64,000 nt of DNA, from IMG/VR virus record IMGVR_UViG_3300017917_003822, positions 124,001 to 188,000 of that record. One strand, 5' to 3'. A model generated the notes under the pieces. That model saw only the letters and a program-made list of their open reading frames with translations, did no database searches and was not told where the DNA came from. Position numbers and translations under genes: made by a program. Below, piece by piece: positions 1-9,101 of the stretch (position 1 is its first letter; each line of letters begins with the position of its first letter).

Positions 1-20
1 AAGCCGACTTAGAATAGTAT

Positions 21-2984
21 ATGGCTCAATTTCCAATCAATCCCCGAATAGGGCAAGCTTTTCTAGCAGATTCCAAAATATATGTTTGGAGTGGAACTCA
101 GTGGGTTGCGGCACAGGTTGGAGGGACAGGAGACGGATCATCAGGAACCTCTGGAACTAGTGGAGTTGATGGAAATTTTTATGGATCCTCTGGAACCTCT
201 GGAACCTCCGGGGTTAATGGATCCAGTGGAACAAGTGGTACACCGGGATCTTCTGGAATATCAGGATCTTTCGGAACAAGTGGATCTAGTGGAACATCAG
301 GATCTACCGGAAGTCCAGGATCTTCTGGGTCTAGTGGATCTTCTGGTGCTAATGGTTCGTCTGGAACATCAGGAATTAATGGATCCAGTGGAACAAGTGG
401 CTCGAATGGATCATCAGGAACTTCTGGATCTAGTGGAAGCAGCGGAACTTCAGGCACTAGAGGATCTAGTGGAACTTCGGGTTCTTCGGGAACATCTGGT
501 GCTAATGGTTCTTCAGGAACATCTGGATCTAATGGATCTTCGGGTGTCAGTGGAATTAATGGTATAGATGGAACTTCTGGATCTAGTGGAACTTCAGGTA
601 CTAGAGGATCTAGTGGAACTTCTGGTTCTTCAGGAACATCTGGTGCTAATGGTTCTTCAGGAACCTCTGGTGCTAACGGTTCATCGGGTTCATCGGGAGT
701 TAGTGGAATTAATGGTGTTGATGGAACCTCAGGATCTAGTGGAAGTAGCGGAACTTCAGGTACTGGCGGATCGAGTGGATCTTCGGGTTCTTCCGGAACA
801 TCTGGCTCTAATGGTTCTTCAGGAACATCTGGTGCTAATGGTTCATCGGGATCTTCGGGTGTCAGTGGAATTAATGGTGTTGATGGAACTTCAGGATCTA
901 GCGGTACTTCTGGTGTTAATGGCTCTAGTGGAACATCCGGTTCATCAGGATCGTCAGGAACCAGTGGAATCACCGGATCGTCGGGATCTAGTGGATCTTC
1001 GGGTGTCAGTGGAATTAATGGTGTTGATGGAACTTCAGGATCTAGCGGTACTTCTGGTGTTAATGGATCTAGTGGTACTTCGGGATCTGGTGGATCGAGT
1101 GGAACTTCAGGATCTGGTGGATCTAGTGGAACTTCGGGATCTAGAGGATCTTCAGGAACCAGTGGGACAAGTGGATCCTCAGGGTCTAGTGGAGATTCTG
1201 GCTCTAGTGGAACATCCGGTTCATCAGGATCGTCAGGAACCAGTGGAATCACTGGATCGTCGGGATCTAGTGGATCGTCGGGTGTCAGTGGAGTTAATGG
1301 TGTTGATGGAACCTCAGGATCTAGTGGTACCTCTGGTGTTAATGGATCTAGTGGTACTTCGGGATCTGGTGGATCGAGTGGAACTTCAGGATCTAGAGGA
1401 TCTTCGGGAACCAGTGGAACCAGTGGATCTTCAGGATCTAGTGGAGCTTCTGGATCTAGTGGTACCTCCGGTTCTAGTGGTTTATCAGGATCTAGTGGAA
1501 CTTCGGGATCTAGAGGATCTTCGGGAACCAGTGGAACCAGTGGATCTTCAGGATCTAGTGGATCTTCAGGAGTCAGCGGGGTTAACGGTGTTGATGGTTC
1601 TTCCGGATCCAGTGGAACATCCGGAAGTAACGGAACTCCGGGTTCTTCAGGTTCTTCAGGTTCTTCAGGTTCTTCAGGTTCTTCAGGTTCTTCAGGAACT
1701 TCGGGATCTAGAGGATCCAGTGGAACATCTGGTATAAACGGTTCTTCCGGCTCTTCGGGAACGTCAGGGTCCAGTGGAACATCAGGGACAAGAGGAACTA
1801 GCGGAACATCTGGTATAAGTGGAAACGACGCATCTAATTCAGGGAGATGGGAATATTCAAATTCGATTGCACCGACCAATCCAGGCACCAGCAGATTCTG
1901 TACAAATAGTTCTTCTCTAGGATCTGTTAATGTATTAAGTATTAGTATTTACGACATAAACTCGGTGGATTACACTAAATGGTTTCAAGCATCTGACACA
2001 TTGGAAAACAATGGATATCCGCTTTATTTACAGGTAACCGAGGTTGGATCCAATAGTATTATTGCAATCTTCCAAGTTAAGAAGGTCAATGATAATTCCA
2101 CTTATTTTGATATTGAATTTACTGGAACCCTGGCATTTAACGGAACTCTAAGTGGAGGAAAAATATACACGATTTCGTGGGTCTATAATGGAATAAACGG
2201 ATCTTCGGGAACATCAGGTATTAACGGAACCCCAGGTTCCAGTGGATCATCAGGAACTTCAGGTTCTCGTGGATCCTCGGGAACATCAGGTATTAACGGA
2301 ACCCCAGGTTCTAGTGGATCGTCGGGAACTTCGGGTTCTCGGGGATCTTCAGGAACCAGTGGAATTAGCGGATCCCCGGGATCTAGTGGATCCTCCGGTG
2401 TCAGTGGGGTTAATGGTGTAGACGGATCATCAGGAACCAGTGGAATTAGCGGATCCCCTGGATCTAGTGGATCATCTGGAACTTCTGGAACAAGTGGGGT
2501 TTCTGCAACTATAAATAGTAATGCTGACAACAGGGTAATTACTGGTAGTAACACTGCAGGGCAATTAAATGGTGAATCTGCTTTTACTTTCAATGGAACC
2601 ACCGCATATGTGAATGGAGCTCTTGGTGTAGGTACTGATACACCCACAACGGTTGGTTTAATTAGAGCAACGAACGATGTCGTAGCTTATTATTCCTCCG
2701 ATGAAAGACTGAAGGAAAACAAAGAAATTATCAAGAACCCACTGGATAAGCTAAATGGTCTTTCCGGATATGAGTTTGATTGGATACCTAAAAAGGGAAT
2801 ACATGAAAATGAAGGTAGAGACATCGGTGTAATTGCTCAGGAGGTCGAGAAAGTTTTTCCTCAGTTGGTTCAAACAAGAGATAATGGTTATAAAGCTGTA
2901 AAATACGAAAAGCTAGTGCCCGTTCTGATTGAGGCAATTAAGGAACTTCGAAATGAAATTGAAATTTTGAAGAGAAGAGATTAA
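21..2984 (+). CDS. Collagen-like Ser/Gly-rich tail fibre/spike with C-terminal intramolecular chaperone (peptidase S74-like)
   Basis: Long G-X-Y runs (GSS/GTS/GIN/GVD), a non-repetitive insert around aa 610-725, and a C-terminal SDERLKEN...GVIAQEVEKVFP...V.YEKLVPVLIEAIKEL typical of S74 chaperones. Confidence 0.85.
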   Translation: MAQFPINPRIGQAFLADSKIYVWSGTQWVAAQVGGTGDGSSGTSGTSGVDGNFYGSSGTSGTSGVNGSSGTSGTPGSSGISGSFGTSGSSGTSGSTGSPGSSGSSGSSGANGSSGTSGINGSSGTSGSNGSSGTSGSSGSSGTSGTRGSSGTSGSSGTSGANGSSGTSGSNGSSGVSGINGIDGTSGSSGTSGTRGSSGTSGSSGTSGANGSSGTSGANGSSGSSGVSGINGVDGTSGSSGSSGTSGTGGSSGSSGSSGTSGSNGSSGTSGANGSSGSSGVSGINGVDGTSGSSGTSGVNGSSGTSGSSGSSGTSGITGSSGSSGSSGVSGINGVDGTSGSSGTSGVNGSSGTSGSGGSSGTSGSGGSSGTSGSRGSSGTSGTSGSSGSSGDSGSSGTSGSSGSSGTSGITGSSGSSGSSGVSGVNGVDGTSGSSGTSGVNGSSGTSGSGGSSGTSGSRGSSGTSGTSGSSGSSGASGSSGTSGSSGLSGSSGTSGSRGSSGTSGTSGSSGSSGSSGVSGVNGVDGSSGSSGTSGSNGTPGSSGSSGSSGSSGSSGSSGTSGSRGSSGTSGINGSSGSSGTSGSSGTSGTRGTSGTSGISGNDASNSGRWEYSNSIAPTNPGTSRFCTNSSSLGSVNVLSISIYDINSVDYTKWFQASDTLENNGYPLYLQVTEVGSNSIIAIFQVKKVNDNSTYFDIEFTGTLAFNGTLSGGKIYTISWVYNGINGSSGTSGINGTPGSSGSSGTSGSRGSSGTSGINGTPGSSGSSGTSGSRGSSGTSGISGSPGSSGSSGVSGVNGVDGSSGTSGISGSPGSSGSSGTSGTSGVSATINSNADNRVITGSNTAGQLNGESAFTFNGTTAYVNGALGVGTDTPTTVGLIRATNDVVAYYSSDERLKENKEIIKNPLDKLNGLSGYEFDWIPKKGIHENEGRDIGVIAQEVEKVFPQLVQTRDNGYKAVKYEKLVPVLIEAIKELRNEIEILKRRD
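130..2510 (+). repeat. Coding 9/18-nt periodic repeats (GGATCTAGTGGAACTTCA-like) with larger duplicated blocks
   Basis: Visible recurrent ggatctagtgga/ggaacttc units; blocks such as GSSGVSGINGVDGTSGSSGTSG recur several times. Confidence 0.9.
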
Positions 2985-3013
2985 TTAAAATGGAAACAAA
3001 ATCCAATAATCTG

Positions 3014-3023
3014 GAATATATAC
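3014..3023 (+). promoter_or_regulatory. RATATATA putative phage late promoter; also at 7876, 9036(-), 10542, 14677, 17310, 26642, 28705/28714(-), 33039, 33562, 37273, 42297, 47675, 48315, 63588
   Basis: Recurrent intergenic octamer a short distance upstream of starts; resembles T4 late TATAAATA. Confidence 0.75.
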
Positions 3024-3026
3024 ACT

Positions 3027-3440
3027 ATGAAAAATATACTAAGTTTTAAAGATTACGAGCCCTCGGAGGAATATAAGACCGAATCGAGGAGATCACTTAA
3101 TCTGGATAGTGTTAGAAGATCTAAAGAGTATAAGAGAATAATAAAACTTGGATTTGAGGAGGAAACTTCGCATCAACAAGAGATAAACAACACCATGAAG
3201 TTTGTAAGATCCAAACATAAGCAGAAGGAGAAGGGACACGATGATGTCTTTTATACTATACATCCGACTGGAACTGTTAGAAGATATAATCCTATAAAAT
3301 CTGAGGATGTTCCTCAAGGTAACGGTAATGACATCAAAAAATTCATAGAACCTTTTGAAAAGCCTAAAGATTATATAAAGGGATTAAATTATTTATGGCA
3401 GTACCTAAAAAGAAAAGAAGCTAAAAAAGATTTCAGATAA
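3027..3440 (+). CDS. Hypothetical protein with CTS-like N-terminus (MKNILSFKDYE)
   Basis: ORF; GAATATATAC at 3014-3023 upstream. Confidence 0.7.
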   Translation: MKNILSFKDYEPSEEYKTESRRSLNLDSVRRSKEYKRIIKLGFEEETSHQQEINNTMKFVRSKHKQKEKGHDDVFYTIHPTGTVRRYNPIKSEDVPQGNGNDIKKFIEPFEKPKDYIKGLNYLWQYLKRKEAKKDFR

Positions 3441-3451
3441 TACAAGAAACT

Positions 3452-3688
3452 ATGAGTAACGATTGTGGATGCGGAGCAGTAAACATCTCCGATTATATTG
3501 AAAGAAAGCATGACAAGGAAATAAGCCTAATAATAAATAAATGGGTAATAGATAATCTTGGAAGGAAGCTTCTTATACAGGAACCTATCTACGATATATA
3601 TAAAGATATCATAGGATACATAACAAAAAACACTGACGGAAACACGGTCAGGATTTTTTCACATAACATAAAAGAAATACTGGATTAA
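3452..3688 (+). CDS. Hypothetical protein
   Basis: ORF tightly packed with neighbours. Confidence 0.6.
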   Translation: MSNDCGCGAVNISDYIERKHDKEISLIINKWVIDNLGRKLLIQEPIYDIYKDIIGYITKNTDGNTVRIFSHNIKEILD

Positions 3689-3689
3689 T

Positions 3690-4139
3690 ATGTTTTACCC
3701 AAAGCTAGAAAATAGATGCCTAGTCTGCATGAAGGACGAAGAGAATGAAATCGAGGAGGCTCTTTCAAATAAACAACCCTCAGAAATTCTTGATGCACTC
3801 ACCGAATGGTTAAATGAAAAATCATATTGTGTTGAGAAAGTGCAATTGGAAAAATATCTGGCAGACAGAGGAATAGTTATGAAGATCGAGGAAGATGATA
3901 TGGGCGGAGGTTCACCTGGTCCGGCTTTGGCCTCTTTGGGTGATGTTAATGGAATGGGTAATCCAACACCTCCTTCGAACGATGGAACTAATGCTGGTTT
4001 CTATGATGCAACGAAGAGTGGATCTGGGGATAGATTTACGACATTAACTGCTGGTACCCCCGCAGCTAAAAATAAGAAATATAAAAACTATAAATCACTT
4101 CTTTCATATGTAGATTTCATAAAAAAGAGAAAAAAATAA
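3690..4139 (+). CDS. Hypothetical protein, Gly/Pro-rich linker, basic C-terminus
   Basis: ORF followed by a terminator. Confidence 0.65.
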   Translation: MFYPKLENRCLVCMKDEENEIEEALSNKQPSEILDALTEWLNEKSYCVEKVQLEKYLADRGIVMKIEEDDMGGGSPGPALASLGDVNGMGNPTPPSNDGTNAGFYDATKSGSGDRFTTLTAGTPAAKNKKYKNYKSLLSYVDFIKKRKK

Positions 4140-4153
4140 TTTTTTTTAGTATA

Positions 4154-4182
4154 AAAAAAGCCTACCTAGAGTAGGCTTTTTT
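4154..4182 (+). terminator. Intrinsic terminator
   Basis: AAGCCTAC-CTAGA-GTAGGCTT followed by a T-tract. Confidence 0.8.
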
Positions 4183-4284
4183 GTTGACTTTTTGTCGGGT
4201 TGAATATCACCAATTATGACAATTTGTCCTAGTCTATTGTTTGGAATTGAATTTGATATATTTGAATTAAAAAAAATAAAATAT

Positions 4285-4659
4285 ATGAATTCGAAAAATT
4301 TTTACCAAACGGCTATAAGCTCACTGTTCGAAGGGAAATGCCCCGGAGATAACTTATTTAATAAATTCTTAGAATCAATTGATGATTCATGCAGAATCGA
4401 AAAAAAAGAATCCGGATGGGAATTAAGACTGGCACTCCCTGGGGTTACAAAAAATGAAACCGAAATTAAGGTGGATGGAAATAATCTTATTGTTAACATC
4501 GATTCTAAAAATGGGTGGGTTAAAAAATCTCAAAAGGCTTTTATTCTACCAAGATCAGCTAATCATGAATCTATATTTGCTGAGATGAAGGATGGAATAT
4601 TATCAATATCCATATCTACAAAGAATGATCAGAAATCTAAAAATATTAAAATAAATTAA
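4285..4659 (+). CDS. Hsp20/alpha-crystallin small heat shock protein
   Basis: LALPGV.K.E..IKVDGN.L...F.LP...[13 protein letters not shown]; start moved to ATG 4285. Confidence 0.85.
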   Translation: MNSKNFYQTAISSLFEGKCPGDNLFNKFLESIDDSCRIEKKESGWELRLALPGVTKNETEIKVDGNNLIVNIDSKNGWVKKSQKAFILPRSANHESIFAEMKDGILSISISTKNDQKSKNIKIN

Positions 4660-4663
4660 GAAA

Positions 4664-6553
4664 ATGGCAAAAGTAATTGGAATCGATTTAGGTACTACAA
4701 ACTCATGCGTCTCCGTAATAGAGGGGAATTCTCCGGTTGTTATCGTTAACCAGGAGGGAAAAAGAACAACGCCTAGTGTTGTTTCGTTTAGAGAAGGTGA
4801 AATTAAAATAGGTGATCCTGCAAAAAGACAGGCAGTGACAAATCCCAAAAACACTGTTTATTCTGTTAAGAGGTTCATCGGATCTAATTTCGATGAGATT
4901 AAAAAAGAAGCCAAGAAGATGGCTTATACTGTAAAAGCAGGAAGTGATAAAAAGAAGGTGGTTGTTGAGACCACTGAGAAGGAATATGTTCCTCAAGAGA
5001 TATCAGCTATGGTACTTCAGAATTTAAGAAAGACCGCCGAGGATTATTTGGGTGAGGATGTTAGACAAGCTGTTATTACTGTACCTGCATATTTCAATGA
5101 CAGTCAGAGACAGGCAACCAAGGAGGCTGGAGAAATTGCTGGATTAGAGGTTTTGAGAATTATCAATGAACCCACAGCTGCTGCTTTAGCATACGGTCTA
5201 GATAAGGCAGATAGGGACATGAAGGTTATAGTTTATGATTTGGGCGGTGGTACCTTTGACGTTTCTGTTTTGGAAATTGGATCTGGTGTTTTTGAGGTTC
5301 TGTCAACAAATGGAGATACACATCTGGGTGGGGATAATTTTGATGAGAAAATTATCGATTGGATAGTTCAGGAATTTAAAACCGAATCTGGAGTTGATGC
5401 TTCACAAGATCCGATGGCATATCAAAGAATCAGAGAAGCGGCAGAGAAAGTTAAGGTTGAATTATCGTCCTCTATGGAGTCTGAGATCAATTTACCATAT
5501 TTAAGTGCAGATTCCACTGGACCTAAGCACTTTGTCAAGAAACTTTCCAGAGCACAATTTGAGTCTATGACATCTGATCTGGTTCAAAGAACATTAGAAC
5601 CTTGCAAAAAAGCACTATCTGATGCCGGATTAAAAGCGTCCGATATTGACGAGGTTATTTTAGTTGGTGGATCAACAAGAATACCTAAAGTTCAGGAGGA
5701 AGTTGAAAGATTGTTTGGAAAAAAACCTTCCAAGAATGTTAATCCCGATGAAGTAGTTGCTATTGGTGCTGCTATTCAGGGAGGAGTTTTAACTGGTGAG
5801 GTTAAGGATGTTCTTTTACTTGATGTTACTCCTCTTTCTCTCGGTATAGAAACTATGGGTGGTGTATTTACAAAACTGATCGAATCTAATTCGACCATAC
5901 CAATTAGAAAGAGCCAGGTTTTCTCTACTGCGGTTGATAATCAGCCATCGGTGGAAATCCATGTTCTGCAGGGGGAAAGAGCGATGGCATCTGATAATAG
6001 ATCACTAGGAAGATTTCAGTTAACTGACATTCCGCCAGCTCAAAGAGGAGTTCCGCAAATTGAGGTGACTTTTGATATTGATGCAAATGGAATTATTAGC
6101 GTTTCTGCTACGGATAAGGGAACAGGTAAACAACAGAACATTAAGATAGAATCTGGATCTAAGTTATCTGAGGAAGAAATTGAAAAAATGAAATCAGAAG
6201 CACAAGCTAACGAAGCTTCTGACAGAGAAAGATTAAAGAAAATCCAGATTTTAAACGACTCTGATTCTTTAATTTTTCAAATAGAAAGATCACTAAATGA
6301 TTTTGGTGATAAAGTTACTGAGAGCGATAAGGAGTCCGTTAACAAGATCATCTCTGAATTAAAGAATGCCAGAGAGAGTGAGGACGTTGATCTTATCGAA
6401 TCTAAAATGAAGGAATTGTCGGAGGAGATGTCTAAGGTCTCGGCTTCCGTTTATGCCTCACAAGAACAAAGTAACGAAACACAAGAAAATGAACATGCTC
6501 CGGAACCAGAGGATCACGAGGATATTGAGTTTGAGGAGGTTGAAGAAAAATAA
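4664..6553 (+). CDS. dnaK: Chaperone DnaK (Hsp70)
   Basis: [50 protein letters not shown]. Confidence 0.98.
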   Translation: MAKVIGIDLGTTNSCVSVIEGNSPVVIVNQEGKRTTPSVVSFREGEIKIGDPAKRQAVTNPKNTVYSVKRFIGSNFDEIKKEAKKMAYTVKAGSDKKKVVVETTEKEYVPQEISAMVLQNLRKTAEDYLGEDVRQAVITVPAYFNDSQRQATKEAGEIAGLEVLRIINEPTAAALAYGLDKADRDMKVIVYDLGGGTFDVSVLEIGSGVFEVLSTNGDTHLGGDNFDEKIIDWIVQEFKTESGVDASQDPMAYQRIREAAEKVKVELSSSMESEINLPYLSADSTGPKHFVKKLSRAQFESMTSDLVQRTLEPCKKALSDAGLKASDIDEVILVGGSTRIPKVQEEVERLFGKKPSKNVNPDEVVAIGAAIQGGVLTGEVKDVLLLDVTPLSLGIETMGGVFTKLIESNSTIPIRKSQVFSTAVDNQPSVEIHVLQGERAMASDNRSLGRFQLTDIPPAQRGVPQIEVTFDIDANGIISVSATDKGTGKQQNIKIESGSKLSEEEIEKMKSEAQANEASDRERLKKIQILNDSDSLIFQIERSLNDFGDKVTESDKESVNKIISELKNARESEDVDLIESKMKELSEEMSKVSASVYASQEQSNETQENEHAPEPEDHEDIEFEEVEEK

Positions 6554-6577
6554 GATTTTATAATTCTTTCTATGAAT

Positions 6578-6599
6578 AAAGCCAGGATATCCTGGCTTT
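6578..6599 (+). terminator. Intrinsic terminator
   Basis: AAAGCCAGG-ATAT-CCTGGCTTT. Confidence 0.75.
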
Positions 6600-6600
6600 A

Positions 6601-6632
6601 TTTTTTTGTTCCGAGTTTTTATTTTATATTTG
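6601..6632 (+). promoter_or_regulatory. Bacteroidota-type sigma-A promoter (-7 TAnnTTTG) with T-tract/CCG upstream element; also at 19807, 31018, 34108, 57674
   Basis: TATATTTG or TACATTTG at five intergenic sites, each after a T-tract plus (A)TCCG/ATCG. Confidence 0.7.
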
Positions 6633-6647
6633 TAAAAAAATATAAAA

Positions 6648-7460
6648 ATGCCAGAAGGACCAGAAGTAAGAAGAATGGCCGAAGGATTGGCCAGAAGAAT
6701 AGAAGGTAGAGATTTAGTCTGTGCTGAAGTTCTCGGAGGTAAGTGGTTAAAAAAAGAACCAACCGGAATTAGCGTAATTACGGAAGCTTTAAAATCAGGA
6801 CCAATTAGGGTCGATTCAGTAAACGTCAAGGGTAAAGCTATTTATGTGAAGATTGGTGATATCTTTATGTGGAATACTTTAGGAATGGGTGGAGGCTGGC
6901 GGGATGCCAGAGGAAAACATTCTCATTTTTCTTTATCATTTTCCGATGGTCGTGAAGTTTTCTTCGAGGATATTAGAAGATTTGGTAACATCTCTTTCTA
7001 TATGGGTAGAAATGAAATTGATCATAAATTAAATCAAATCGGACCGGATATGTTAAATGAACATGTTACGTTCGAAGCATTTAATGAGAGGATGCTCAAG
7101 AGACCTAATAAAAATATATGTCAACTCCTGATGGATCAAAGAGTCATATCCGGAGTTGGTAATTATATAAAATCAGAAGCATTATATAGAGCTGGAATAA
7201 ACCCACATTCCACTCCTTCCGAACTAAGTGGAGATCAGATGAAGTCCCTCTATGTTTGGATAAGAACAATTATAAGAACTTCTTATGATCAGGGTGGTGC
7301 CACAATAGCAACCTACACTGATATGGATAATAATAGGGGAAATTTTGTTTTTTCGTTCCATGTCTATAGAAAAGATTTCGATCCTGTTGGAAATCGAGTA
7401 GTTCATGAGATTACCCCTGACGGGAGAATGACTCACTGGGTTCCGTCATTACAAAAATAG
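6648..7460 (+). CDS. Fpg/Nei family DNA glycosylase/AP lyase (zincless finger)
   Basis: N-terminal MPEGPEV, KGK, D.RRFG, H2TH LMDQ..ISGVGNYIKSEALY; no Cys4 finger. Confidence 0.92.
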   Translation: MPEGPEVRRMAEGLARRIEGRDLVCAEVLGGKWLKKEPTGISVITEALKSGPIRVDSVNVKGKAIYVKIGDIFMWNTLGMGGGWRDARGKHSHFSLSFSDGREVFFEDIRRFGNISFYMGRNEIDHKLNQIGPDMLNEHVTFEAFNERMLKRPNKNICQLLMDQRVISGVGNYIKSEALYRAGINPHSTPSELSGDQMKSLYVWIRTIIRTSYDQGGATIATYTDMDNNRGNFVFSFHVYRKDFDPVGNRVVHEITPDGRMTHWVPSLQK

Positions 7461-7847
7461 ATGGAAAGAGAAAGATTAATACAGGAGGAATATCTGGACG
7501 ATCCTTGGAAAATGATGGTCTGCTGCATATTATTAAACCAAACAAACAACAAGCAGGTAAGACCCATTTTAAGCTCCGTATTCGAGCTTATACCAAATCC
7601 AATATCTGCTATTAGGTGTGATGTAGAAGTGCTGGCAGCTGTCATAAAAACAACCGGATTTCAGAACTTAAAGGCTTCTCGAATACGGAGGATGAGTCAA
7701 AAATGGCAAGATGGATTTTCCGATGTTATGGATCTTCCGGGGATTGGAAAATACGGCAGAGACTCATGGGAAATATTCATAAACAAAAATCTAGAGACCA
7801 GCCCAACGGACAAGAAACTCATGCTATATTTGGATTTTGTAAGATAA
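7461..7847 (+). CDS. MBD4-like HhH-GPD mismatch glycosylase (short)
   Basis: DPWKMMVCCILLNQT, LPGIGKYG.DSW.IF, D..L..Y resemble the MBD4 catalytic domain. Confidence 0.85.
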   Translation: MERERLIQEEYLDDPWKMMVCCILLNQTNNKQVRPILSSVFELIPNPISAIRCDVEVLAAVIKTTGFQNLKASRIRRMSQKWQDGFSDVMDLPGIGKYGRDSWEIFINKNLETSPTDKKLMLYLDFVR

Positions 7848-7888
7848 ATTCCCCGATGGATTTATTTTTTATATTGATATATACGTAT

Positions 7889-8719
7889 GTGGAATTCAAT
7901 ATTAAACATCTAGATAATAATGAGTATTTTCCAAGCAGAACAACGAAGGACACAATCTACCTGCATCACACTGCAGGATCTCATAGACCAGACTGGACGA
8001 TTGATGCTTGGAACAGAGACAGGTCTGCCACAGGTAACAAAGTAAAAATCGCAACATCTTACGTCATTGGTGGAATTAGCACAAGAACTGATAACAAGGA
8101 ATTTGACGGTAAAATATATGAGGCCTTCGACCCAGTTTACTGGGCACACCATCTGGGGGTAAAATCCAAGAACAACACATTCCTGAATCAGAAAAGCATA
8201 GGTATAGAACTATGTAATTATGGTCCTCTGACAAAAACTTCAGATGGGAGGTTTTTTACTTACGTTAAAACGGAAATCCCAAAAAAATATGTAACTAAAT
8301 TGGATGAGCCTTTCAGAGGTCATCTTTACTATCACTCCTACACAAAGGAACAACTAAAATCACTGGAATTTCTATTGATTGACTTATCTGATAGATTTGA
8401 GATAGATGTTACTAAGGGTCTCAAGAGGGAAATAGAAAGATCAGAATTGGTTATGCCATCAGGTCTCACAGTTAGAGAAAAACAGGTTTGGTTAAATAAG
8501 AACGGGTTTACTGACAGAAGAGGTAAGAAATTATCGGAGGATAATGTCTACGGTCCAAAAACGATTGAGGCCGAAAGTAAAATAGGATTTAATCCACTTG
8601 AATTCAACCAGAATGCTGTTGACGGGTATCCGGGGATATGGTCACATACAAATGTAAGAATAGATAAGAGTGACATATTTCCACAACCTGAGTTACTAGA
8701 TCTGCTTAAAAATATTTAA
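7889..8719 (+). CDS. N-acetylmuramoyl-L-alanine amidase (Amidase_2) with peptidoglycan-binding-like insert
   Basis: IYLHHTAG, LNQKSIGIELCN, C-terminal SHTNVR.DKSD; probable GTG start at 7889 after GATATATA. Confidence 0.8.
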   Translation: MEFNIKHLDNNEYFPSRTTKDTIYLHHTAGSHRPDWTIDAWNRDRSATGNKVKIATSYVIGGISTRTDNKEFDGKIYEAFDPVYWAHHLGVKSKNNTFLNQKSIGIELCNYGPLTKTSDGRFFTYVKTEIPKKYVTKLDEPFRGHLYYHSYTKEQLKSLEFLLIDLSDRFEIDVTKGLKREIERSELVMPSGLTVREKQVWLNKNGFTDRRGKKLSEDNVYGPKTIEAESKIGFNPLEFNQNAVDGYPGIWSHTNVRIDKSDIFPQPELLDLLKNI

Positions 8720-9021
8720 TCTTTCTTTTTGATTGACTTTTCTTTGAAGGATTCCTTAATGTAGTTTGTTATATCAGATCCTGATTTTTTACCCTCACTT
8801 AGAAATTTATTAAAATTCTCGGACTTCCCCTCCTGATCTAAAAAATCGTGGAAATAAGAAGCTTCGAACATTGCATCGTATACTTGTGGCATCGTCGGAT
8901 CGGTTGAGTGATAATTTCTTGATCTGACTCTATTTTCGTACGAATCCCCAGGAACGTCTATGCTTCCGGGTGAATCGATCCATTCATTTACGAAATTGTG
9001 AAATTTTTTTAGATTTTTCAT
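8716..9021 (-). CDS. Hypothetical protein with CTS-like N-terminus (MKNLKKFHNFVNE)
   Basis: Start reassigned to ATG 9021; GAATATATAC on the minus strand at 9036-9027. Confidence 0.7.
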   Translation of the reverse strand: MKNLKKFHNFVNEWIDSPGSIDVPGDSYENRVRSRNYHSTDPTMPQVYDAMFEASYFHDFLDQEGKSENFNKFLSEGKKSGSDITNYIKESFKEKSIKKKD

Positions 9022-9101
9022 ATAAAGTATATATTCACCCGGAACATAATTTCGAATCGGGGGTAAAACATCTACATTAATAAAGAACCAAAAGATCATA
9101 A

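Noticed and set aside
130-2510. CRISPR-like or telomere-like repeat array
   Set aside because: The repeats are in-frame coding units without unique spacers
82-2647. Long alternative-frame ORFs (82-567, 179-1888 minus, 568-1737, 2183-2647 minus)
   Set aside because: Shadows of the Gly/Ser repeat codons; low-complexity PEDP or LVEL translations with no independent signals
7703-7888. N-terminal extension of the amidase ORF
   Set aside because: Overlaps the glycosylase gene; the promoter motif and GTG at 7889 give a better start
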